The notes beneath the pieces were generated by a model. The model was not told where the DNA came from. It was given only the letters and a program-made list of their open reading frames with translations, and did no database searches. A stretch of DNA of 60,023 nucleotides, counting the filler, from Hausera hauseri (taxonomy: Eukaryota): NCBI GenBank assembly GCA_046269625.1. It is 11 parts of 11 records of this genome, joined end to end, with 100 filler letters (N's around TTAATTAATTAA, not from the genome) between each part and the next. Parts side by side here need not be neighbours in the genome. Positions count along the whole stretch, not along the records: positions 8,108 to 12,828 come from JBJURY010461689.1; positions 12,929 to 18,296 come from JBJURY010269508.1; positions 18,397 to 24,209 come from JBJURY010184861.1; 8 more parts are not named here. The stretch is one strand, 5' to 3'. Below, one piece after another: positions 12,401-23,964 of the stretch (positions are counted from its first letter, which is position 1; every line of letters begins with the position of its first letter). A program made the translations under genes and the position numbers.

Positions 12401-12928
12401 TTCAGATTCTGTAAACACAAAAATAATGATCTGTTTTGTTTTCTAATGGTCAGTCAAAACTATCATATAAAATGTGTAGAAGTTTTGATCAAATTTGTCA
12501 AAGGAAAGATGGTTGATGGTAAACGGTATACCGACATATTCTATTCGATAAAATGGTTGACAATTCAGATAATACCGTTTCAGATAATATTGTCAACAAC
12601 AAGATGGTTTTATCAGTTTAACTGATAAGATTCGATTAGAAAATTGGATCAGATTACTTGGAGATGTTGATTGTGATGTCGGAAAATTGTGTACCCGCTG
12701 TAAATGGTCAACCTTCTAATGATATTAGTAGTGTGAAAATGTGCTTTCTGCCCCACCCCGGGGGGGAGGTCGATAAATCGATATTGCACATGTGCCGATC
12801 GATAGTGCACCCGGAGCACTATCGATCCNNNNNNNNNNNNNNNNNNNNNNNNNNNNNNNNNNNNNNNNNNNNTTAATTAATTAANNNNNNNNNNNNNNNN
12901 NNNNNNNNNNNNNNNNNNNNNNNNNNNN

Positions 12929-13705
12929 TAGTAACTGGACTGATCGTTGCACGTTATATCCGGCGAACATACACCCGTACAAACAATGATCCAACTCTGA
13001 GCGGACTTGTCTACTATCTTTTCCTCTTATGAGCTGTTCTCTTTTTAAGCCGGTTACTTCTTCATATGATTCTTGGAGATGTTTCCGGAGGTTTATGATT
13101 GTAGAGTATATTTCAATCCCATCCCTTTCTTTAATAGATACTTCAATGGGTATTCCATATCCATCATCTCCTCTGCCGCAATTTATCGCGATGATTCTTA
13201 TATTACAACCGTCTTGGATTAGCCTAGATGACTGACGATGTTTATCCTTTTCTACCTCAGTTGGAATTTGTTCAAATTCTATGGCTGGCAAGCGTAGGTT
13301 CCAATCTTCTCTGTAGATTTCTTTCGTTTATTTTAAATGTGCTGAACCGATATTGATGCCCTTCATTGGAGTTCCAGTTTTGGTTTTCCATTCTATAATA
13401 TATTTCTCCGTCAGCTAGGTGGATGTATATATCCTGAATTTTGGCTGGCCGATTTCGGTTTAATTCCTTTAGGGAGTATGCTTTGTCTTGATGATTTTCG
13501 CGCATTGCGTAAAGGTAAATTGTACAATTCTCTGTAATGCCTTTTAGATCATTGGGGATCTCGCTAATTTTTGGGATTTCGATATAGGTTTTTGCTTGTA
13601 AGACTTCGGTTATCCGTCTATACATAGACTTCGATTTCGGAATAAATACTGTGGCTTGTTCCCGCAGATATTCGTAAATGCTAATTCGGCTATCCGTACT
13701 TACTA
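12929..13705 (-). pseudogene. Unknown N-terminal domain plus REX4/ISG20-like DEDDh exonuclease fold (cut by contig end)
   Basis: IIAINCG...EVSI...G.EIYSTII......YEEVTGLKREQL...QVRSEL...L.G.MFAGYNV follows the REX4 pattern VALDCE...RVSIV...G...YD..V.P...YRT.VSGI...L...VQ..V..LL.GRILVGH. The N-terminal domain is homologous to 21917-22350. Confidence 0.7.
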
Positions 13706-13805
13706 TTCTAAAAAATAAAAAATAAGGGTCAATCCTATAACAAAGTATTGTTCTAAATCTGAACCAATTTTTTGTTAGATGGTGGAATAACCCAACCTGT
13801 AATTG

Positions 13806-15215
13806 TCAGGTAATTCCATTATTGATTTCGTTCTGTGGTACCATAATCCTTAATTCCCTCTCGGTGATTTTAATACGCTTATTACAACAGTTTTTGGTAA
13901 TCAATTGACAAAACGCAATAAAAGTTGTGACAGCAAACGTTGACGTTCCAATAATCGATATTGGGTTGTCCATTTAGTTAGGTCTTTCGTTTTAGCGGTA
14001 GTCGTAGTTTCGTCTTCCATTTCATCGTTAGTTAGTGGCTTCGTTAAGACAATTTTGTTTATAGTTCGTACCGTAAACGTTCTACTTTGTTTATTCTCTG
14101 CACCTATTTCTATTACGTAGTCTGTTTTGGGTTTTAAGTAGGTGCAATTAATTCGATGGCTTCCTTTAGCCAGTGTCACTTTTTGATTATTGTGTAACGT
14201 TCGGCAGCTCATTTTTACGCCGCAATTCATTGCTTCCTCCACAACACATTTTATTTCACGTTGTTGTGTCCAATATTTTACAGAAATTATTTCTAGATTC
14301 TTCTGAGGTAATCCACTTGTTTGAAAGACTCTGTTGGAAGTTGAAGTAGTCGTATTCGTTTTTGTAGTCGTAATTCTACTTGTTGCCATTTTGGGCGGAA
14401 TTCCCGAAACTAGATTTTCCAATTGATAACATCCTAGGTAAATGCTCGGCTGGTTTGGTCGAATTTCATATAAATCTAACCGAATTCAATATTTATATCT
14501 CTGGGGTAACTTACAACACCTATTCGGCCTTTCGACGTCAATTTGACAGTATTATTGATTGTGAGCCGCCTTGTTCTCCCTTATGAATTGAACCGTAATT
14601 ACTCGTCCTTTAATTAACCGTCCCTTTGTGTTTATTTGGATGCAGTTGTCCTTTGGGTTTTCCGCTATACTAGCCATATTTTCTTCTAGCATCCGTTTTA
14701 ACGGTTTGACGGACTGGAGCAGGTCTTCTAGCTCTATATTAAGATAGTATCCATAAGTTCGTGGTATAACTATATGTTAATTTAATTTTATTTCTGCGTG
14801 TACATTATTACAGTTCGGCAAATATGAACGATAACTGAGAGCGTAAGAATGTTTGTATTCTACGTTGTAGCAAATTGTATCATCTGACTCGAATTTACAA
14901 TCAAATTCGACTTGGCTAGATAGGTCATAAAATAATATTTGGATTTGCCCCTCATATGGTCCTGGTAACCTAAACCCGGCACATGGGGCCTCTGGTGAAA
15001 AATGATCTAATTTTATTGCTCGTAAAAATTTCTCGTCTTTTTGTTCTGATTTGTGTTCGGGTGCTTCCTCCCTTGGCAGTGAACGATTTAATCCGCTTTT
15101 CATGATCCCATATATATCGCTCATCGAAGTTTCATCGACCCACCATTAGGCGTTAGACTTAGGAGTTAGGACAGCAATCAATGATAAGGCTACTTTTATC
15201 TGCGCGTAAGATACT
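13806..15215 (-). pseudogene. Type I membrane protein: signal peptide, three FN3-like Cys modules, Thr-rich stalks, TM
   Basis: YAQIKVALSLIAVLTPKSNA lies in frame after the integrase GPY. The FN3 signature is LKPKTDYVIEIGAEN...FTVRT. After a frameshift near 13975 the frame reads PISIIGTSTFAVTTFIAFCQLI-TKNCCNKRIK (TM plus basic/Cys tail). Confidence 0.7.
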
Positions 15216-15299
15216 GGTCTAGTGATGACTGACAAAGTCCTTGTTTCTTGCTGTCTTAGACTGTAGTGTTTACCTGGTCTTATATCTGTTTTAACTACT

Positions 15300-17900
15300 C
15301 TTTGAATCGATACTACTTCTTCTTTGCCGTTTTTATTAACATAGACTGTGGTTGGCGTTGTGCGGACGATTTCATATGGCCCTCTTCCAGTACGGGTTAA
15401 TTTCAATGATGTACCTTTCTTCGCGACCGGATAATGTATATAAACCCAGTTCCCTTTTTCCAGATCATGAAGCTTAGCCTTTTTATCATATTGTTTTTTA
15501 AATTGTTCCTGGTATTCAAGTGATAATATTTTTGCAACTTCCTAACACTTTTGCAATCTTGCCTGTAAGACTTCGGCAAGGTTTTGCTCTAGAGCCTCGA
15601 GACTCTTCGTACGGCACTTTACCTAGATCTGTAGGTAAGATTGATTCTCGTCCATACATAAAAAAGAATGGTCTAAATCCTGTTGCTGGATGTGGGGTCG
15701 TATTGATTGCGAACTGTGTCCCTTCTAAGAATTTGTCCCAACCCTTTTGGTCCCTAGTCACTACTGTTGATAGTATACGAATGACTGTTGCGTTCATTCG
15801 TTCGACCATTCCATTACATTGGGGTAGTACGCGGTAGTGGTTAAACGTTTTATTTTGAATATCTTGGTAATCTGTTTGAATAATTCACTTGTGAAGTTCC
15901 TTCCTCTATCCGTTAAAATTTAGTACGGCGGTCCTTATCTTCAGATGATTTTCCTTATCACTGCCTCGGCTAAAGTTTTTGCCTTTTGGTCTAATAGTGC
16001 CACTAGTTCGACAAAGTGCGTTAATCGATCCACGCATGTTAGAATATATCTGTTATTTTTATGAGTTTTAGGTAAGGATCCCACTATATTCATAGACATA
16101 GCTTGCTTCGGCCTGTCTGGTACGCTCATGGGCTTTAATTCGGCTACGTAGACTTTCGTTTTCTTTTGCTTTGTTGCACAAATTTGGCAAGCACTTATTT
16201 AATTTTTCACATCGATATAAATGCTTGGCCAATAGTATTTATTTAGTATCCTTTCGCAGGTCTTTTCCCAAGACATGTGTCCAGCTAAATATGAATCATG
16301 TTCGGCCATAAGTACTTCAATGCGTAATCCTTTTGGAATAACTATTAATCTTCTTCCCTTTCGCTCGTAATATAGGATGTTATCTTGGTTCGATGCGTGA
16401 TATTTATGTCCGTACTTCTGTAGATGCTTTTTCAGTTGTCGTCCTTTGGGCATTTTGCCGTTTTGTGCAAACTCAATAATTTGCTGAATAACCTTATCTT
16501 TAGCTTGCTCTGCAGTGATCCTGATCGTTTTATCCAGGATTAGGGTTCTTTGACGTTCAGTTATTTGTTCGAGTTACGTTTTCTCCGCTGAGTAATCCGA
16601 CTTGTTTTTGTCTTTAACCTTGATAATGCGTTGGCGTCGACGTGCTTATTACCTGGTTTGTATTGGAATTCAATGTTATATCGTCAGATTTCCTCGATCC
16701 AGCGGTTTAATTTACATGTTGGGTTACTAGCTCGTCCTCTCAATGTCGTAGTCGCTTTGTGGTCGGTCACTATTATACTCATTTGTTCATAGACATAGAC
16801 ATTAAAGTGTCATAGTGCTTCCTTTACGGCTAATGTTTATAATCTGGTAACCGAGTAATTCTTTTCTGCTTTCTTTAACGAGCGTCCTCCATAGGATATT
16901 GGGTGTTCTACTTCTTTATCTCCTCGTTTCTGAGCTAATTCATATCCTATACCTTCTTTACTTGCATCTGTTTTATGATGCTATCATTACGTCGTAGGTT
17001 CAAATCAGGGTATCTTAGAACTGGTTCGCCTGTCAAAATTTTCTTCATTTCATCGAATGCTTTTTGCTTCACTTCCGTCCATCTCCACTTAGTCCCTTTT
17101 TTGAGTAGGCGATATCGTGGTGCGTTAATTTTCGAATTGGCCGGTACGTAAGTGGCATAATACCCACATAGGTCTAACCAGTGTCTCAGCTCTTTTTGAT
17201 TCTGCGGTTCCATACAATCGGATATTTTATTTAGCAGGAATTTATCCGGTTTTGATCCTCCATCTCAGACTATGTGTCCGAGGTACAATACTGCGTTCTG
17301 TGCCCATTTACATTTCTTTGGATTTAGTTTCAACCCTGCTTGTTCCAGTCACATGAGTGTATTTTCAATGTCCCTTAAGTGTTCTTCTTCTGTTTTTGAT
17401 GCTATCATTACGTCGTCCAGATACGCGAAAACATGATCAAGTCTCATGAAAATCTTATTCATCATTCTAGTAAAGATAGCTGGTCCTGTGGTGATGCCGA
17501 AAGGCATAACATTAAATTCGTATACGCCATCGTGTGTTTTAAACGCTGTCTGATATCGATCTTCTTCTTCGATTTCCACTTGCCAGTATCCCGACTGTAA
17601 GTCAAGAGTGGTAAACCATTTCGTTCCCGATAGTCTGTCTAAAGTTTTCTTTACCGACGGTGAGGGAAACCCGTCTTTCATCATAAGCGTGTTTAATGCC
17701 CTATAATCTATACAAAATCGATGTTTCGTGGTTCCTTGATAAGTAGCTTGGTACCATGATAAGTAGCTTGGTCGAATTATATCGGCCTTTAACATTCGCT
17801 CTGCCTCTTTAGTTATTTCGGGTCTCAATGAATGGAGAGGTGTGTACCATTTGGGCATTTTCTGCTCTTCTGGATCGATTTCGTCATTAGAGCCGGGTTT
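15300..17900 (-). pseudogene. pol: Gypsy pol (RT-RNase H-integrase), frameshifted
   Basis: YLDD; HDSYLAGH...YYWPSI; VERMNATV...W...FAINTTPHPATGFRPFFFMYGRE; GPYEI. Confidence 0.95.
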
Positions 17901-18411
17901 TTTTCTTATTGGAATTGTTAATCTCAGGGCTTTTGATCTACCTATGTCTTCTTTATTTTGTGCAATTATTGAACAGTATTTACATAGTAATTCGTAGAAC
18001 TTGCAATACGCCTCAGGAGGAAATTTGGTTTAGACGTGAGGTGGAAATTCTGCACATTTGTATGGTTTTTCCTCTGTTGTTACTGCCGATACTCTGCAAG
18101 TGTGACCTAAAGTAGTGTTAGCGTGCAATCTTACGGGGGTTGGTGCATTGTTCACTAATCTGATATGTATGCGTTCCGTCGCTACTCAAGATAAGATATT
18201 GCTAAACATGAGGTTTGGGTCGATATTCTCTTGAGGTTCAAAATATACTGGCAGATCTTCGTCTTGACGAATCTGTGCGAAAATTATCATTTCGGTNNNN
18301 NNNNNNNNNNNNNNNNNNNNNNNNNNNNNNNNNNNNNNNNTTAATTAATTAANNNNNNNNNNNNNNNNNNNNNNNNNNNNNNNNNNNNNNNNNNNNCCAG
18401 TCCCAAAAACA

Positions 18412-20330
18412 GTGAAAGGAGTTCGTAAATTTCTCGGTCTTACAGGATATTATAGAAAATTTGTTAAAAATTATCAACAAATAGCTTCTCCTCTACACTC
18501 ATTACTACAAGAAAACTCCAAACTTGTGTGGACGCAGGAATGTCAAAAAGCATACCAACAACTAAAAGATAGTCTGTTAGCCCCACCAATATTGGCTTAT
18601 CCAAATATGTCTAAACCATATTTTTTAGCCACAGACGCAAGTAAAGTTGGAATAGGAGTTGTTTTATCTCAGAAGGATGATCAAGGACAAGAACATCCTA
18701 TATCATTTGGAGGACGGAAACTGAGAAAACACGAGAAAAATTATTCTACAATTGAGAGAGAATTACTCGCAATCGTATACGCCTTAGAACAGTACGGACA
18801 GTATCTGTCGGAAACTAAACCAATTATCATCTATACTGACCATAAGCCATTACAATGGCTAAAGAACCATAAGAATCCAAATAGTCGTTTGATGAAATGG
18901 GCAATGCTACTCCAACCTTACGATTTAAAGTTCGAATATAAAACTGGTAAGGCCAATGCAAATGCAGACTATATGTCTAGAATACCTGAAGATATTGATC
19001 AAGAGGAAGAAATAACGGATAAACCAAGTGTAATAGCAGCTATTTGGAGTATTACAGAATACGAAAAATCGTTGCAGCAGAAACAACGGAGTGATGAACA
19101 AATAAAACAAATTATGGAATATCTCCAGAAGAAAATTACGCCAAAAGATACTGATCTCCATACTCACTTGATAAAGTTTGCTGAAAATTATCAAATGAAA
19201 GATGGTATACTATATTATAATTACAAAGGAAAACTGGTCGTTGTCGTCCCCCAAGAAGATGTAAAATTATTGTTAACACAATACCATGATGGCATGTTGG
19301 GAGGACATCAGTCGAAGAAGCGAACACTAGGCAGACTGAGGAGAAAATATTACTGGCATAAAATGCCTAAAGATGTAGAAGAATGGTGCAGAAGTTGCCC
19401 CATTTGTGCAACACGGAAGAATACCGGCTCAAAAATTAAGGTCCCTTTGAAACCATTAGAATGTCCACCAGCTCCTATGGAGTTCTCAGCAATGGACATC
19501 TTAGGACCACTGCCAATGACGATAAATGGAAATAAGTATATGTTGGTTTTTGTTGACTTATTTTCCAGATGGCCAGTAGTAGTTCCGATACCAGACCAAA
19601 AAGCACAGACTATTGCACAAGCATTTGTTGAAGAGATTGTATTTAATTATGGAGCACCTACTAAACTATTGACGGACCAAGCTCCAAATTTCACTGGAGA
19701 AGTAATGGCTGAGATATCGAAAATATTTCAAATATTACAATTAAAAACTACCCCATATCATCTACAAACCGATGGAGCGGTCGAGCGATTTAATGAAGTT
19801 CTGATTAACATGTTGGCGACAATAGTTGGGGGACGACAGGATGATTGGGATGAATGTATTGGACCCTGTTTGTTCGCCATTGGGAACGCGATTTATCCTG
19901 CAACCCGGGAAACTCCATTTTATTTAATGTGTCTTGGAGATGCTCACATGCCCGTTGATTTGGATTTCAGGATATCAGCTTCACACTTGGAGGATGTAAA
20001 ATATCAAGAATTACTGGAGGAAAAATTGGGTTATGTATGGAGTTTGGCTTCGCAGAATATGAAAAGATGTCGGAAAGAATGCAAAGATGGATGTGATGAG
20101 GGAGCCAAAAGTCATAGCTTTAAACCTGGGGATAAAATTGTGTTGCATGCACCTTTGTGTAGGAAGGGAAGGACTCCGAAATTGGATAGACCATGTGGGG
20201 GGTCCATATATGATTCAAAAGGTGGATGAAACAAGTGTATATTTAAACAGGAATAAAAGAAACGAGAAGGATCCTATAAAGATTCATGTGAATCGATGTA
20301 GACTAGCACCGTTGGAATCACAAATAAGAA
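18412..20330 (+). CDS. pol: Gypsy Pol: RT connection, RNase H, integrase (HHCC, DDE, GPY)
   Basis: FLGLTGYYRKFV, ATDAS..GIGVVL, YSTIERELLA, YTDHKPL, HDGMLGGH...CRSCPIC, MDILGPLP, TDQAPNF, DGAVERFN. A 1-nt frameshift in the G-run near 20197-20202 precedes GPY. Confidence 0.96.
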
Positions 20331-21637
20331 ATGGAGATCCAGGTTTGTCATTGGTGGTGGCATTTGTGATGTTGAGTCTGATGACTTGTATATCGGCCCG
20401 GGAATTGGAGCCGATATATCGTGGGGTATAGGTCGGAAAATACCCCTGCATACGAGTATTTGGAAGTCGAAATTTGACTATCAACGATTATGTCTATATG
20501 CATATATCGAGGGTATCCACATCACAGAGGGTGATCGCTGGATCTTGTGATTTGTATTCGAAACGTTCTAGTCACATCTGCTGCGGTTTGTCATGTTGGA
20601 TGTCATATGGAGTTCAATATGCTCTTACTGGAATAATAGACGAGAAATGGCGCACATCTTGTTGCTCATTTCCGGGTGTGATATACTGCTTTGGTAAGCC
20701 AGATTTCCTTGTAACATTCTGCACAAAGATTGTGAAAAATGGACCATGTGTAACGTCTGAGCCAGATTCCCCGGTGGCCAGGCATCGAACAATTAAATAT
20801 GCAATGTTTAATAAGACCAATACGATGGAGTGTAGACCTTTTTATCGGGATCCTCATCTATGTTGCCCCATAGCCTTTGATAGGGAGTATATGATATGGT
20901 GTTGGACAAAATTGGGAGCGAATGGTGACTGGAGATAATCGGATGGGTTGATGGCTCCAGAAGTGGTGGTGAAATCACCAAGGGTAATAATAACCTTAAA
21001 AAGGAGAGTGACTACTCCGCTGACACTGCCCACTGTAGCGGCTAGTCCAACTATAGAAGCTGAGAAGAATATCAGGGAATTGGATATAATTGTCCAACCA
21101 ACAACTCACTCACTGGTTATTGCAGTGTCCAATTTAAAAACCACAAACGTGGAATTTGAATGTTGCTTTTACCATGGGAGAATGAGTGAGGGTGTCATAA
21201 CTCCAGAGGAGCCCACATCGGCTTGTGTGTTCCTGGGGAACGATACGAATTATAAGATAGCTGTAGCCGAACTTGATAAAGAAGGACAAATTTTGCAGAC
21301 AGTTTGTCGTATAGGAAAGACGTTAAAGCAAGTGGTTTTAACGACAACAAAAATTATAGAAATAACAAATGTGCAAAATCATGATGACAACGAGAATAAA
21401 TATTTTTGGATACTCGTTGTACTGTGTATCTTCTTGGTGTTATTAGCCATACCTTTACCTTTGATATTTTATTTCTTGAAAATGAGACAACGACGGCGTG
21501 GAATCGGGGAAATATTGAATCAATTAAGGATGTTAAGAGAGGACTCCCAAGAATCGTTAGCGGACATAGGCGCGCCTTGTTCACAAGAACAACGGCGAGT
21601 TGAAAAAAGTGGGCAAGCCGGGGAGCTTGCCGATTAG
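20330..21637 (+). pseudogene. Type I membrane protein: signal peptide, three FN3-like Cys modules, Thr-rich stalks, TM, basic cytoplasmic tail
   Basis: ORFs 20087-20431, 20474-20938 and 20948-21637 share one frame. Signal-like GLSLVVAFVMLSLMTCISA, FN3-like FLGNDTNYKIAVAE, and TM YFWILVVLCIFLVLLAIPLPLIFYFL followed by KMRQRRR. Confidence 0.8.
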
Positions 21638-21916
21638 AAGCAGCTAGTACGGCCGCTAGAATGTGGACTGACTGGGGAATTTGCCAGTCAAGAGTGGCAG
21701 TCCCTACCGCTTGGAGGTATAACTGTGTGTCTATGCACGGGAATTCGGGACCAGGCCGCAAAATTCCTAGCGACCTCTACTTGTGGACAATCAAAATGTA
21801 AAGATATTATTATATGTAGAAAGTTTTGGCCGCTGTTGATATTGATTTTTTTGGTCGGCGAAGGGTCCGAACAGGTCCAGTGACCGAGCATTTTTTGACG
21901 CAGTATTGTTGCCAGT

Positions 21917-23041
21917 TTGTTGGCGTCCAGCAGGAATTGCGTCTGCTATAAAGGGGCCCATATGATGCCAAATCACCTAAAGGGACAAACTGTGGATCGG
22001 AGAGGTGGCCTTATAATTAAGTTACAAGCATGTTCTACTATGTTGTCTGATTTGATCGATCTCACAAGAGGAGTTATAGCCATCTGCGTTTCAGTGTCGA
22101 ATGGAACTATTCAGTTGAGAGGCGGGGTTCTCTCTAATGGAATCACTGATGCAATTGACATTCCGTCCTCAACCACGATTGGATTGGATGAGAGGTTCTT
22201 CGAAAATGTGGAGGTAACTATCAGGATTGTAAATAAAATTCATCCGGTCTTATATATCGAGGTTGTCAGGCAGGAGAATGTTTTCCATAATGAGTCAAGG
22301 CAACTCAATTGCCCAATGTCAATTCCTAGTGATTCTTTACTGGGGAGGGGTGCATCGTTTGTAAGATCGACTCAAATACGGAAGGAGGATATGGTAATTG
22401 TGACTACTGGTTCCGCGTATGTTATGCAGCCAGTTCGCAAAATGGAGGTGACACTGATGGAACTAGCCATTATGAATTTGGATGGTGAAGTTATTTTCGA
22501 TAGAATATTGTGCCCACGTGACAGAATGGATAATTGTAGTAGTCATGTGGCCGGCTTAAGAGAGCCGGACATAATGGGACGGACAGATCTCTTGCAAACT
22601 TGCTCTCTGATTGAAACTCATCTTATCGGAGAAATTATCGTTGGAATGAATGTATTTTGTACTCTTAATTGCATTCTTGGATGCAGTCATCATTTTGTCT
22701 TGGGCATGGGAGATCTACTTTATCATGAGAGGGCCAACCCGAGACAGGAGTTTGATTCCTAATACATTTTGACTGCATTCAATAATGGTGCTTGCCCTCG
22801 GGGAACAAAGGATGGAGCGGGGTCAATGCTGGATATATATAGTTCAATTCCGAAATATAAAGATGAAAACCTAATGGATAATATATCATTGACAGGTACC
22901 CATGTGACTGATTTGGAAGTCAAAGAAAACCCTGGGAGGACAGGGGATTTCGCGAGTGGCAAACGGCTTTTTCAGATGTCTTTGATAGGAAGTGGCGAAA
23001 TGGAATTGTCATTGACGAAAGGACCCAAGAAAATGAAATAA
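21917..23041 (+). pseudogene. Unknown N-terminal domain plus REX4/ISG20-like DEDDh exonuclease fold
   Basis: ELAIMNLDGEVIFDRILCP...DNCSSHVAGLRE.DI...L.GEIIVGMNV...MGDL (IRDT-like)...TKDGAGSMLDIY (SVEDARA.M.LY-like). One in-frame stop at 22760-22762. Confidence 0.78.
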
Positions 23042-23844
23042 GGGAGATCTGACTTGGCAGATTCCTCAACTCAAGTTACAATCGATTTGACAAGGAACAT
23101 AAGAAAGTCAATTTCGTCTAAAGAGACAATTGCACTAAAAAGAGGGATTGAAGTGGGGGATCAGTGGCTGGAAATGGATGCAGTGCGGAGACGGCTTCAT
23201 CTGGGGAGGGAGGTGTCGAACATGTGAGTCGGGTGTCAATTGACTGACTGACCGGATTGATTGATCTTTTATATTGTTTTGACCAAAGTTTAATTTTCAT
23301 CTAATTGTTTTGTTGTTTTGGAAATCGAGTGTGAATTTTTGTGATTTTTGTCATGTGAAAGAGGGGTATACAAACCTCAACATTTTGTCACAATACACAA
23401 TATTCTCTTCATGTCTACTTATGCTCTTCGTGATTGTAAGTGTGTTTTTTTATTCATTTTCATTTTATTTTGGTTATCATTAATTAGATAATATTAAAGG
23501 ATTAGTGATTTTATTCTTTTGTTGTACGTACAAGAAATTAATCTTTGGTAGTAGGTGTAAGTAAATATAAAATCAAGACCCTTTTTCTTTTAGCGTCCAT
23601 AAAGTCGCTGATTTTAAATTCATTGCAAGTAAGGGAGAGACCGCCAGTATTGCCTCCTGGCGTCGTACTCACACATTAAGATTAATTAAGAACTATAAAT
23701 AAGTCATATCAATCCACAGATTGCTACTCCAGAATTTAAGTAAAGATAAGTTTGAGGTGCATTGACCCAGACTTGTATTTGATTGATTTTAGGCTTGGTG
23801 AGTAAAATCTCCAAGCTAACTTATAACAACCTTAAACTTATCAT

Positions 23845-23861
23845 TGGTGCCCCGAGTGAGG
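23845..23861 (+). promoter_or_regulatory. Primer-binding site, elongator tRNA-Met
   Basis: TGGTGCCCCGAGTGAGG lies one nt after the LTR end CA. It matches the complement of the animal elongator tRNA-Met 3' end (TGGTGCCCCGTGTGAGG) with one mismatch. Confidence 0.85.
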
Positions 23862-23964
23862 AGGCACACTGGCGTCGTATTCTTTACGTAAGAGACACGC
23901 TATTAATATAAATTCGTGCACTGATTCGGTACGGAGTAGCCCCGAATTAGACGAAAATCTTTAG

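Larger units (their letters stand above)
12929..18296 (-). mobile_element. Decayed Ty3/Gypsy element with membrane-protein and exonuclease-like cargo (copy 1)
   Basis: RT (RFCIDYRALN, LDLQSGYWQV, MPFG, YLDD) at 17349-17858, RNase H at about 16600-17213, integrase at 15300-16453 with GPY motif, then cargo ORFs running to the contig end. Confidence 0.93.
18397..23843 (+). mobile_element. Ty3/Gypsy element with membrane-protein and exonuclease-like cargo (copy 2), ending in an LTR
   Basis: RNase H-integrase ORF, cargo ORFs, and an AT-rich 3' region ending ...TATCA directly before a PBS. Confidence 0.92.
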
